The notes beneath the pieces were generated by a model. That model was not told the origin of the DNA. It searched no databases and saw only the letters and a list, made by a program, of their open reading frames with translations. Shown here in pieces: positions 37,632 through 47,064 of a stretch of DNA of 64,000 bases (position 1 is its first letter; the number at the start of each line of letters is the position of its first letter). A program made the position numbers and the translations under genes. This stretch comes from Lysobacter sp. CA196 (GTDB taxonomy: Bacteria; Pseudomonadota; Gammaproteobacteria; Xanthomonadales; Xanthomonadaceae), in NCBI RefSeq assembly GCF_052078695.1, contig NZ_JBQJIN010000031.1:1494-65493 (forward strand), given 5' to 3'.

Positions 37632-38486
37632 ATGCGTAGCAAGCTGTTCGTGCCCGGGTCGCGGCCGGAATTGTTCGACAAGGCGCTGGCCGGGCCGGCC
37701 GATGCGCTGTCGTTCGATCTCGAAGACGCGGTCGCCGAGAACGACAAGGGCGCTGCGCGCGCCGCGGTCGCCGCCTTCGTCGCCTCGGCGGCGGTGGCGG
37801 CCTCGCCCAAGCTCGTCATCGTGCGCGTCAACGACCCGGCCTCCACGCACTTCGCCGCCGACGTCGCTGCGGTGGCGCGCACCGGGGTGGCCCTGATCAA
37901 CCTGCCCAAGATCGAATCGGCGCAGGCAGTGCGCGCCGCGGTCGCGGCGATCGAACGCGCTCAAGCCGGCGATGCCGCCGCCCAACCGATACGAGTCCTG
38001 GTCAATATCGAGACCCCGCGCGCGCTCGCCCATGCCGCCGAGATCGCCGCCGCGCATCCGCGCGTGGCCGGCCTGCAACTCGGCCTGGGCGATTTGTTCG
38101 AAGCCGAAGGCATCGACCGCCGCGACCGCGCCAACGTGCATGCGGCGATGTTCGCCGTGCGCATGGCCGCGGCCCAGGCCGGGGTGTTCGCGCTCGACGG
38201 CGCCTACGCCGATCTGCACGACGCCGCCGGCTTCAGCGCCGAAGCGCAGGCCGCTCACCGGCTCGGTTACCTCGGCAAGACCTGCGTGCACCCGCGCCAG
38301 ATCGCCCTGGCCCATGCCGCCTTCGCGATCAGCCCCAGCGAACTCGCGGCGGCGCGGCGGGTGGTGGCCGCGGCCGAGGCGATGCCGGCCGACGACCGTG
38401 GCGTATTCGTCGTCGATGGCCGCATGATCGACCTGCCCTTCCTCAAGCGCGCCCAGGCCCTGGTCGCGGCCGCGGAGCGCACATGA
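37632..38486 (+). CDS. HpcH/HpaI aldolase / citrate lyase beta subunit (CitE)-like protein
   Basis: MRSKLFVPGSRPELFDKA...DLEDAV CitE-family N-terminus. Confidence 0.75.
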   Translation: MRSKLFVPGSRPELFDKALAGPADALSFDLEDAVAENDKGAARAAVAAFVASAAVAASPKLVIVRVNDPASTHFAADVAAVARTGVALINLPKIESAQAVRAAVAAIERAQAGDAAAQPIRVLVNIETPRALAHAAEIAAAHPRVAGLQLGLGDLFEAEGIDRRDRANVHAAMFAVRMAAAQAGVFALDGAYADLHDAAGFSAEAQAAHRLGYLGKTCVHPRQIALAHAAFAISPSELAAARRVVAAAEAMPADDRGVFVVDGRMIDLPFLKRAQALVAAAERT

Positions 38487-41014
38487 GCCCGCCGCATATC
38501 GACCGCCCGACTGCTGTCTCCACGCCCCCGCCACGCGGCTTCGCCACGCTCGCCGGACGCATCGCGCGGCGTCTGCTCGCCGTCTGCGCGGTACTGACGA
38601 TCGTGGCCGCGCCGCTGCACGCGGAACCGCTGACGCCCTTGCGCAGCGCCAGCCTGCCCGCGCTCGACACGCCCTCGCCGCTAATCGGCGTCGCCACGCT
38701 CGACGGCCGCACCGTCGCCATCGCTCGCGACGGTGCCTGGAGTCTCGCGCCCGGCGACGCCGCCTGGGCCGCCTTGCCCGCGAGCGACCCCGCCAGCGAC
38801 ACGGCCACGATCGCCGCGCTGATCGGCGACGGTACCCGCGCTTACGCCATATCGGCCGCAGCCGCCGACACCACCGCGGTCGCGCAGTTGCGCGTCGACC
38901 CGCACGGCCTGCGTTTGCAGCCGTTGCCGCCGTTGCCGGCCGCCTTGTCGGAGGCGCGCGGCGCCTTGTCGGCCGACAGCTTGTTCGTGACCGGACGCGA
39001 TGCCGGCGGTGCGATGCGTTTGTTCCAGCACGGCCTCGCCGATGCGAGCGTGGCCTGGAGCGCGCTCGCGATCTGGCCCGGCGCCGCGGCGCCGCGCGCG
39101 CTGGCCGTGCAGACGCGTTCGCTGTTCGTCGTCGTCGCCGACCCGCAGGGCGGCGCCGACCGTCTGCTGCGCTGGTCGGCCGAACACGGTTGGCGCCAGG
39201 CCGGCGCGGTGCCGGGGCAAGTGCTCGCCGGTTCCGGGCGCGCGCTCGGCCAGGCGCACGTGCTGTTTCCGGTGGTCGCCGCGGGCGCGGCGAACGCCAC
39301 GCCGATGACCTACCAGACCATCACCCAGGCCTGGGCGCCGTTGCCGGGCGCGCAACTGCCCGGCGCACCGCAAGCCAACCCACAGCGGGCCGGCGCGCAG
39401 CTTACCGCCGCCTGGCCCGACGGCCTGCTGTGGACGCAACCTTCCGCCGACGGCCGCCGCACCCTGTTCACGACCGCGCAGGTCCAGGCCAACAAGCTGC
39501 TGCTGCACTGGCTCGACTGGTTGGTGATCGTGGTCTACCTGGCCGGCATGATCGGCATCGGCCTGTATTTCTATCTGCGCGAGAAGCGCAACTCGACCGC
39601 CAACTTCTTCGTCGGCGGCCGCAGCATTCCGTTCTGGGCCGCCGGCGTCAGCCTGTACGCCGCCAACACCAGCTCGATCAGCTTCATCGCCATTCCGGCC
39701 AAGGCCTTCGAGAGCAACTGGCAGTACCTCACCAATAACCTGATCGCGGTGCTCGGGCTGATCTTCGTCGCAATCTGGATCGTGCCGCTGCTGCGCCGGC
39801 TCGACCTGATGTCGGTGTTCTCCTACCTGGAGACGCGCTTCCATCCGGCGATCCGCATGCTCGCCAGCGCGCTGTGCATCCTGACCCAGATCGGCAGCCG
39901 CATGAGCGTGATCCTGTTCCTGCCGGCGCTCGCCATCGCCACCATCACCGGCATCAGCGTGTTCTGGAGCGTGCTGCTGATGGGCGGCTTCACCATCGTC
40001 TACACCGCGATGGGCGGCATGAAGGCGGTGATCTGGACCGATTTCGTCCAGGTCATCGTCAAGATGGGCGGCGCGGTGTTCGCCATCGGCTTCATCGTCT
40101 GGCAATTGCACGGCGGTTTCGGCGAGTTCCTCGCCATCGCCCGCGCCGAAGACAAGATGCATCTGTTCGACTTCAGTTTCGACATGACCAAGGCCACGGT
40201 GTGGGGCTTCGTGTTCCTGGTGTTGTTCGACGTGGTGCTGACCTTCCCGAAGGACCAGGTGCTGATGCAGCGCACCCTGTCGACCAAGTCCGACCGCGAG
40301 GCCGGGCGCTCGATCTGGGCCTTCGCCGCGATCATGATCCCCGGCGGTTTCGTGTTCTACATGATCGGCACCGCGCTGTTCGTCTATTACAAGGCGCACC
40401 CGGAGCGGATGAACCCGCTGCTGCCGATCGACGCCACCTTCCCCTTGTTCATCGCCGCCGAACTGCCGGTCGGCGTGACCGGGCTGATCATCGCCGGCAT
40501 CTTCGCCGCGGCCATGGCGACCCTGTCGGGGATCATGAACAGCGTCGCGACCCTGATCTCGGTGGATTTCTACGAGAAGCTGGCCAAGCGCGGCACCGCC
40601 AAGCGGAGCGTGTTCGTCGCCGAACTCACCACCGTCGCGGTCGGCTTGGTCGGCATCGGCGCGGCGCTGTTGCTGTCGCGCTTCGACATCCACTCGCTGT
40701 TCGACGTGTCGATCGAGCTCGCCGGCCTGCTCGGCGGCGGTTTCGCCGGCGCCTACACCCTGGGCATGTTCACTCGCCGCGCCAATTCGCCCGGCGTGGC
40801 GATCGGCATCGGCGCGAGCATCGTGCTGACCCTGGCGATCTGGTCGTTCCGCCTGGTCCATCCCTACTTCTACCTGGCGATCTCGATCCTGCTGTGCATC
40901 GTCATCGGCTACCTCGCCAGCCTGCTGTTTCCGCCGCCGACGCGCTCCCTCGACGGGCTGACGATCTACCGCGACAAGGCTGCCGCGATCGCCGCCGCGC
41001 CGGCCTCCCCCTGA
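38483..41014 (+). CDS. sodium:solute symporter (SSS family) fused to a ~330-aa N-terminal periplasmic beta-rich (Kelch/mutarotase-like?) domain
   Basis: The C-terminal 510 aa carry the SSS signature (FFVGGRSIPFWAAGVSLYAANTSSISFIAIPAKAF and ~13 TM helices). The N-terminal domain has a signal/anchor. The start overlaps the CitE-like stop as ATGA. Confidence 0.75.
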   Translation: MSPPHIDRPTAVSTPPPRGFATLAGRIARRLLAVCAVLTIVAAPLHAEPLTPLRSASLPALDTPSPLIGVATLDGRTVAIARDGAWSLAPGDAAWAALPASDPASDTATIAALIGDGTRAYAISAAAADTTAVAQLRVDPHGLRLQPLPPLPAALSEARGALSADSLFVTGRDAGGAMRLFQHGLADASVAWSALAIWPGAAAPRALAVQTRSLFVVVADPQGGADRLLRWSAEHGWRQAGAVPGQVLAGSGRALGQAHVLFPVVAAGAANATPMTYQTITQAWAPLPGAQLPGAPQANPQRAGAQLTAAWPDGLLWTQPSADGRRTLFTTAQVQANKLLLHWLDWLVIVVYLAGMIGIGLYFYLREKRNSTANFFVGGRSIPFWAAGVSLYAANTSSISFIAIPAKAFESNWQYLTNNLIAVLGLIFVAIWIVPLLRRLDLMSVFSYLETRFHPAIRMLASALCILTQIGSRMSVILFLPALAIATITGISVFWSVLLMGGFTIVYTAMGGMKAVIWTDFVQVIVKMGGAVFAIGFIVWQLHGGFGEFLAIARAEDKMHLFDFSFDMTKATVWGFVFLVLFDVVLTFPKDQVLMQRTLSTKSDREAGRSIWAFAAIMIPGGFVFYMIGTALFVYYKAHPERMNPLLPIDATFPLFIAAELPVGVTGLIIAGIFAAAMATLSGIMNSVATLISVDFYEKLAKRGTAKRSVFVAELTTVAVGLVGIGAALLLSRFDIHSLFDVSIELAGLLGGGFAGAYTLGMFTRRANSPGVAIGIGASIVLTLAIWSFRLVHPYFYLAISILLCIVIGYLASLLFPPPTRSLDGLTIYRDKAAAIAAAPASP

Positions 41015-41099
41015 TGGCATACGCGGGCTCCTCGGCCCTCGTGTAGCCTGCCTCGGCTTGGCGCGATTCGCCCGACCATCACGACGTCAGCGAGAGGTC

Positions 41100-41978
41100 A
41101 TGGAAACCCAATTTCTCAACACCTTCGTGACCATCGTCGATCAGGGTTCCATGGCCGCGGCGGCGCGCGTGCTCGGCATCACCCCGGCCGCGGTGGCGCA
41201 GCAGATCCGCACCCTGGAGCGCGAGATCGGCGCACCGCTGATCGCCCGCGTCGGCCGCACCGTCAGCGTGACCGAAGAAGGCGCGCGGATCCTGCCGCGC
41301 AGCCGCGAGCTGTTGCGCAGCGTCGCCGACCTGCGCAGCGTGGCCAACGAAAGCGAGATCTCCGGCGAGCTGCGTCTGGGCGCCTGCCCGACCGCACTCG
41401 CCGGCATGCTGCCCGACGTGCTCGCGCGCATGGTCGAAACCTTTCCGCAGATCAATGTCTTCATCAAGCCCGGTTACTCGGCCGACCTCTACCACGCGGT
41501 CGAACAGGGCGACCTGGATGCGGCGATCGTGCTGCAGGCGCCGTTCCCCTTGCCGAAGACCTGCGAATGGCAGTTGCTGCGCGAAGAGCCGCTGATCGTG
41601 CTGGCGCCGGCATCGATGGCCGAGCGCGATCCGCACGACCTGCTCGCCAACGAACCGCTGATCCGCTACGACCGCCACCAATGGGGCGGCCGCCAGGCCG
41701 ACGAGTACCTGCGCGCGGCCAACATCGTGCCGCGCGAACGCTTCGAGCTCAATGCGCTCAACGCGATCGCGGTGATGGTCGACCGCGGCCTCGGCGTATC
41801 GCTGGTGCCGGACTGGGCCAGGCCCTGGCCGGAAGGCCTGAACATCGCGCGCATCGCCCTACCCGATGCCTCCGCCAAGCGCTGCATCGGCATCGTCTGG
41901 TCGCGTTCGAGCGTGCGCGTGCGCTTGGTCACGGTGCTGCTGCAGGAAAGCCGCAAGGCGATGCAGGCCAAGGCCTGA
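41100..41978 (+). CDS. LysR family transcriptional regulator
   Basis: METQFLNTFVTIVDQGSMAAAARVLGITPAAVAQQIRTLE HTH. GAGAGG RBS. Confidence 0.85.
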   Translation: METQFLNTFVTIVDQGSMAAAARVLGITPAAVAQQIRTLEREIGAPLIARVGRTVSVTEEGARILPRSRELLRSVADLRSVANESEISGELRLGACPTALAGMLPDVLARMVETFPQINVFIKPGYSADLYHAVEQGDLDAAIVLQAPFPLPKTCEWQLLREEPLIVLAPASMAERDPHDLLANEPLIRYDRHQWGGRQADEYLRAANIVPRERFELNALNAIAVMVDRGLGVSLVPDWARPWPEGLNIARIALPDASAKRCIGIVWSRSSVRVRLVTVLLQESRKAMQAKA

Positions 41979-42162
41979 TCGCGTCATGCTCCAGGCGGGA
42001 GCAGCACAAGCGCGCATGCATGCCATCGATGCGGCCTCGCCTCGCCGCGCATGCTGCAGTGCCGCAAGAAACTCCTGATTCTCAAGCAACAAATCCTAGT
42101 CTCTGAACATAGTCCGCGGCGGTTCTATGCGCGCAATCGAACGCATAGGCTCGCACTCACTC

Positions 42163-42191
42163 CGGCGACATGCGATGTCGGGGACGTCGCC
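42163..42191. promoter_or_regulatory. nested palindrome upstream of the TonB-dependent receptor
   Basis: ggcgacatgcgatgtcggggacgtcgcc, with inner CGACAT-GCG-ATGTCG and outer GGCGAC...GTCGCC arms. Confidence 0.2.
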
Positions 42192-42287
42192 ACAAGGACG
42201 CGGCCACGCCGCCGTCGCTCGACGCCGGGGTTCATGCGCGCGCCGTTTCGGCGCGCGCCGCCAACCGCAGCCTGGACGGGACACGAC

Positions 42288-44567
42288 ATGCTCAAGCCAC
42301 TCACCGCCGCGATCAGCAGCATCCTGCTGCTTTCCGCCATCGCCGGCCCCGCCAGCGCGCAGGAGGCTCCGGCGGACGGCGACGAAAGCGACGCCGCGTC
42401 GGACCGCACCGCGGTCGATCTCGACAACGTCGTGGTGACCGGCACCCGCAGCCCGAAGGCGGTCGACCGCATTCCCGGCGCCATCACCCTGGTGTCGAAG
42501 GAAGAAGTGCAGCGCAACCTGGTGCTGACCGAGGACGCGACCGCGGTGCTGGCGCGCACGGTGCCGGGCTATGCCGAGTCCTCGCAGGCGATGAGCAACA
42601 CCGGCGAAAACCTGCGCGGCCGCGTCGCCCTGCGCTTGTTCGACGGCGTGCCGCAGGGCTCGCCGCTGCGCGAGGGCACCCGCAACGGCACCTTCACCGA
42701 CATGGGCATCGTCGGCCGCATCGAAGTCATCAACGGCCCTTCCGCCTCCGAAGGCATCGGCGCGGCCGGCGGCATCATCAACTACCTCTCGGCCGCCCCG
42801 ACCAAGGAAGGCAACGAGTTCACCGTCGTCTCGCGCTACACCACCCAGTTCGAGGACGACAGCGAGGGCTGGAAGCTCGGCTTCAACTTCGCCCGCAAGG
42901 CGGACAATTTCGACCTCCTCGCCAGCGCCTCCTTCCTCGACCGCGGCATCACCTACGACGGCAACGGCCGCCGCATCGGCATGAACACCAGCGGCTCGCT
43001 GGCGGATACCGAGTCGCGCAACCTGTTCCTCAAGGCCGGTTACGCCTTCGGCGAGGACGGCGTGCAGCGGATCGAGGGTTCGGTCAGCCACTTCAACGTC
43101 GAAGGCAAGGCCAACTACGTGCAGGTGCTGGGCTGCCGCCCCGACGAGGCGGCGCTGTGCGGCGCCACCCGCACCAACACCTCCGAGCGCGGCAACATCT
43201 TCGGCTCGAAGGCCGCGATCAACGACTTCAAGCAGTACCAACTCACCTACATCCATTCGGACCTGTTCGGCGGCACCCTCACCGTCAACGCCTACAAGGC
43301 CGACCAGCAGATGCGCTATCTGCCGGAGAACACCATCGACAAACAGGACCCGTTGATCGGACCGTCCGGTTCGATCTACGACCAGTCCGAAATCGCCACC
43401 GACAAGAAGGGCCTGCGCACCTCCTGGGCGCGGCCTTCGCTGTTCGCGGTCAGCGGCCTGGAGCTGCGGGTCGGTCTCGACCTGGTCGAGGACACCGCCG
43501 AGCAACGGCTGGCGCTGACCGACCGGCTGTGGGTGCCGCCGATGGAGTACAAGAGCCGCGCGCCGTGGGCGCAGCTGTCCTGGGACATCGGCCCGGTCAC
43601 CCTGAGCGGCGGCCTCCGCCGCGAGGACGGCGAGCTGCACGTCGACGGCTACACCACCACCTGGTACCGCGACCGCCGCCACGTCGACGGCGGCACTCTC
43701 GAGTACCAGGAAACCCTGAGCAACTTCGGCGCGGTCTGGCGCATCAGCGACGGCTGGTCGGTGTTCGGCTCCTACGGCGAGGGCTTCACCCTGGCCAACG
43801 TCGGCATTCCGCTGCGCAACATCCAGTGCTCCAACGATCCCGGCGACACCCAGCCCGACGGCTGCCCGAACGACCCGCGCATCGGCGTCGCCGACCTGCT
43901 CGACCTCAATGCGATCGTGGTCGAGAACACCGAGTTCGGTTTCAACTGGCGCGGCGAACGCGGCGCGCTGAGCGCTTCGCATTACGACTCCAAGTCCGAC
44001 TACGGCCAGTCGCTGGCGATCGATCCGGCCACCAACGATTTCGTGCTGCTGCGCGCGCCGGTGCGGATCAAGGGCTACGAGCTGTCCGGCGACTGGCGCT
44101 TCAACGAGGCCTGGCGCTTCAGCGCGGTGTATTCGCACACCCGCGGCAAGACCTCGTTCTGGGCCGCCGACGCCGCCGGCCGCTACGGCGCAGGCCGCAT
44201 GAACAAGCCGATGGGCGTGCTCGACATCAACCCCGACAAGTTCGCCTGGACCCTGACCTGGAAATACCACCCGCACGGCGACGTCAGCCTCGGCGCCACC
44301 ACCCTGTTCTCGCGCGATCTGTCCGCCAGCGACGTACGCGGCTTCGACGGCGCGCGCTTCAACTTCCGCGAAAACACCCGCGGCTACACCTTGTTCGACC
44401 TGGGCATGAACTTCGAGACCGAACGCTACGGCAAGTTCTCGCTCGGCATCGAGAACCTGTTCGACAAGCAATACATCCTGAGCTGGTCGCAGCCGCCCGG
44501 CGGCTTCCAGAACTACTGGGCCGGCCGCGGCCGCACCTTCTCGCTCACTCACACCTTCAAGTTCTGA
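42288..44567 (+). CDS. TonB-dependent outer-membrane receptor
   Basis: Signal peptide MLKPLTAAISSILLLSAIAGPASA, plug domain, beta-barrel, and C-terminal ...THTFKF aromatic terminus. Confidence 0.85.
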   Translation: MLKPLTAAISSILLLSAIAGPASAQEAPADGDESDAASDRTAVDLDNVVVTGTRSPKAVDRIPGAITLVSKEEVQRNLVLTEDATAVLARTVPGYAESSQAMSNTGENLRGRVALRLFDGVPQGSPLREGTRNGTFTDMGIVGRIEVINGPSASEGIGAAGGIINYLSAAPTKEGNEFTVVSRYTTQFEDDSEGWKLGFNFARKADNFDLLASASFLDRGITYDGNGRRIGMNTSGSLADTESRNLFLKAGYAFGEDGVQRIEGSVSHFNVEGKANYVQVLGCRPDEAALCGATRTNTSERGNIFGSKAAINDFKQYQLTYIHSDLFGGTLTVNAYKADQQMRYLPENTIDKQDPLIGPSGSIYDQSEIATDKKGLRTSWARPSLFAVSGLELRVGLDLVEDTAEQRLALTDRLWVPPMEYKSRAPWAQLSWDIGPVTLSGGLRREDGELHVDGYTTTWYRDRRHVDGGTLEYQETLSNFGAVWRISDGWSVFGSYGEGFTLANVGIPLRNIQCSNDPGDTQPDGCPNDPRIGVADLLDLNAIVVENTEFGFNWRGERGALSASHYDSKSDYGQSLAIDPATNDFVLLRAPVRIKGYELSGDWRFNEAWRFSAVYSHTRGKTSFWAADAAGRYGAGRMNKPMGVLDINPDKFAWTLTWKYHPHGDVSLGATTLFSRDLSASDVRGFDGARFNFRENTRGYTLFDLGMNFETERYGKFSLGIENLFDKQYILSWSQPPGGFQNYWAGRGRTFSLTHTFKF

Positions 44568-44698
44568 ACCGTTCGCGCTCATCGCCGGGTTACCCTCGAA
44601 CCGCCGCCGGCGCGACGCTCCCGGCGTCGCACCGGCGGCGGTGGTTTTTTGTCGCTGCGCTCGGCCTGTGCATCGGCCCGGCGTGCGCGAGCGAGCGC

Positions 44699-46096
44699 AT
44701 GGCCACCCCGAAGACCGAAGCTGCGGCCGCCCGCGCGGGCCTGCCTTCAGGAGATCTGTCGCAACTGCACCGCTTCATGCATTCGGTCACCGGCCGCGAC
44801 GGCTATCTCGGCGCGGTCAGCCTGGTCGCGCGCGACGGACGTATCGTCGATTGGCGGGCCTATGGCCATCGCGACCTGGCCCGCCGCGTGCCGATGCGCC
44901 GCGATTCGATCTTCCGCATCTATTCGATGAGCAAGACCGTCACCTCGGTCGCGGTGATGTTGCTGGTCGAACAGGGCCGGATCGGGCTCGACGACCCGGT
45001 GTCGCGCCATCTGCCCGAGCTGGCGCGGCCCCAGGTCGTCGTCGGCGGCAACGTCGATGCGCCGCGACTGCGCGATGCCGCAGGCGAGATCAGCATCCGT
45101 GAATTGCTCACCCACACCGGCGGGTTTGCGGCCGGGCTTGAGGGCGACGAACTGGCGACGGCGATCGTGCGGCGCCACGACCCGCATGCGGCCGCCGATC
45201 TGCAAGATTTCGTCGAACGCCTGAGCCGCGCACCGCTCGCCGCCGATCCGGGCACCCGCTTCGGTTACGACGGCGCCGCACTGGAGGTGCTGGCGCGGGT
45301 GGTCGAGGTCGTCTCCGGACAGCGCTTCGATGCCTTCCTGCACGAACGCATCTTCGTGCCCCTGGCGATGCGCGACAGCGGCTTCGACGTGCCACCGTCG
45401 CAGCGCGAGCGCGTGGTCGACCTCACCGCGATGGGCGAGGACGGTCGGCTGCGAATCGCCGACGGCCCGAGCGCGCGCGAACCCGGCGTGCGCTTGAACG
45501 CTTACGCCAGCGGCGCCGGCGGGCTGTACTCGACCGCCGGCGATTACGCCCGTTTCGCGCAGATGCTGCTCGATGGCGGGCGCATCGCCACCGTGCCCGC
45601 CGCCGGCTGCGCCGATGCCGCTGTGCCGGCGACGCCGAATGCTCGCGAGCGCGCTGCGTCCGATCCGCTCCGGACAAGCGACTGCACCACCGAACCCACG
45701 CCCGCACGCCTGCTGCGCGCCGACACCGTCGCGGCGGTCCTGCGCAACCAACTCGGCATGCTCGATCCGCCGGTCAACCAGTACAGCGACGGCGAAGGTT
45801 TCGGTTTCGGCGGCTATGTCGTGATCGATCCGGCCAAACGCGAACGCCCCGGCTCGCGCGGGCAGTTCGGCTGGTCGGGCGCGGCTTCGACTACGTACGC
45901 CATCGACCCGCAACAGCGATTGATCGCCATCGCCTTGTTGCAGCATCTGCCGCACGGCGAGGCACACCGGGATCTGCCGCGGATCGGCAGCGATTTCTAT
46001 CGCCAGGTGTATCTGGCCTTGAAAATCCCTGCCGCCTTGGAAATCCCTGCTGCCTTGGAGATCCCTGCATCCGCCGAACCGGAGACGACGCGATGA
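44699..46096 (+). CDS. beta-lactamase-family serine hydrolase (SxxK), start uncertain
   Basis: FRIYSMSKTV SxxK motif and a class-C/transpeptidase-like fold. The first in-frame ATG is at 44699. An in-frame signal-peptide-like stretch upstream lacks any ATG/GTG/TTG. Confidence 0.65.
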   Translation: MATPKTEAAAARAGLPSGDLSQLHRFMHSVTGRDGYLGAVSLVARDGRIVDWRAYGHRDLARRVPMRRDSIFRIYSMSKTVTSVAVMLLVEQGRIGLDDPVSRHLPELARPQVVVGGNVDAPRLRDAAGEISIRELLTHTGGFAAGLEGDELATAIVRRHDPHAAADLQDFVERLSRAPLAADPGTRFGYDGAALEVLARVVEVVSGQRFDAFLHERIFVPLAMRDSGFDVPPSQRERVVDLTAMGEDGRLRIADGPSAREPGVRLNAYASGAGGLYSTAGDYARFAQMLLDGGRIATVPAAGCADAAVPATPNARERAASDPLRTSDCTTEPTPARLLRADTVAAVLRNQLGMLDPPVNQYSDGEGFGFGGYVVIDPAKRERPGSRGQFGWSGAASTTYAIDPQQRLIAIALLQHLPHGEAHRDLPRIGSDFYRQVYLALKIPAALEIPAALEIPASAEPETTR

Positions 46097-47064
46097 GCAC
46101 CGCACCGTCCTCTTGTGTCCTCGTGGCCGGCTCGGCCAACCTCGATTTCGTGGTTCGAGCCAGCCATGTGCCGGCGCCCGGCGAAACCGTGCTCGGACGC
46201 GAACTGGCCCTGTTCCCGGGCGGCAAGGGCGCCAACCAGGCCGTCGCCTGTGCGCGCGCCGGCGGCGCGCCGACCCGCATGCTGTTGGCGCTCGGCGCGG
46301 ACGCGCACGCCGCGCCGATCGAGCGCTCGCTGCGCGAGGCCGGCGTCGACACCCGGATCGTGCGCGTCGCCGACCGCGCCACCGGCACCGCCTTCGTCTG
46401 CGTGTCCGACGATGGCGAGAATGCGATCACCGTCGCGCCCGGTGCCAACCAGGCCTTGCGCGACGAAGACCTGCCCGATCTGGACGGCGTCAGCCATCTG
46501 CTGCTGCAACTCGAATCGCCGCTCGACGCAGTCGAAGCCTGGGCGCGGCGTGCGCGCGCCGCCGGTGTGCGCGTGGTGCTGAACGCGGCGCCGGCGCGGC
46601 CGTTGCCGGCCGGCTTGCTCGCGGCAATCGACCTGCTGATCGTCAACCAAGGCGAACTGGCGGTGCTCAGCGGCGTGTCCGCGTCGGCGACCGGCGACGA
46701 TCTCGATGCGGCGCTGGCGCGCCTGCCGGCCTGCGACGTGGTGGTGACCCTCGGCGCACGCGGCTGCCGCGCCCGCATCGGCGGCGCGCACCTGCAGCAG
46801 CCTGCGTTCGCGATCGCCGCGGTCGATACCACCGCCGCCGGCGACACGTTCTGCGGCACACTGGTCGCGGCGCTCGCGCGTGGCCTGAGCTTCGCCGCCG
46901 CGCTGCGCCGCGCCTGCGCCGCCTCGGCCCTGGCCTGCACCCGCCCCGGCGCGCAGAGCAGCGTGCCGGCCTGCGACGAGGTCGAGCGCTGGCTCGCCGA
47001 AGCCGCGGACCCGATGCCGGCACCCGTCACGTCTCCCGCTCCAGGCTTAGCGACGTCCCCATGA
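46093..47064 (+). CDS. PfkB-family carbohydrate kinase (ribokinase-like)
   Basis: NLDFVVR...PGGKGANQAVA...AVDTTAAGDTFCG ribokinase signatures. ATGA overlap with the upstream gene. Confidence 0.8.
   Translation: MSTAPSSCVLVAGSANLDFVVRASHVPAPGETVLGRELALFPGGKGANQAVACARAGGAPTRMLLALGADAHAAPIERSLREAGVDTRIVRVADRATGTAFVCVSDDGENAITVAPGANQALRDEDLPDLDGVSHLLLQLESPLDAVEAWARRARAAGVRVVLNAAPARPLPAGLLAAIDLLIVNQGELAVLSGVSASATGDDLDAALARLPACDVVVTLGARGCRARIGGAHLQQPAFAIAAVDTTAAGDTFCGTLVAALARGLSFAAALRRACAASALACTRPGAQSSVPACDEVERWLAEAADPMPAPVTSPAPGLATSP

Noticed and set aside
42170-44567. Upstream part of the 1308-aa ORF in the serine-hydrolase frame, overlapping the TonB receptor
   Set aside because: Only the last ~470 codons look like protein (SxxK hydrolase). 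The upstream part is a shadow of the receptor gene.
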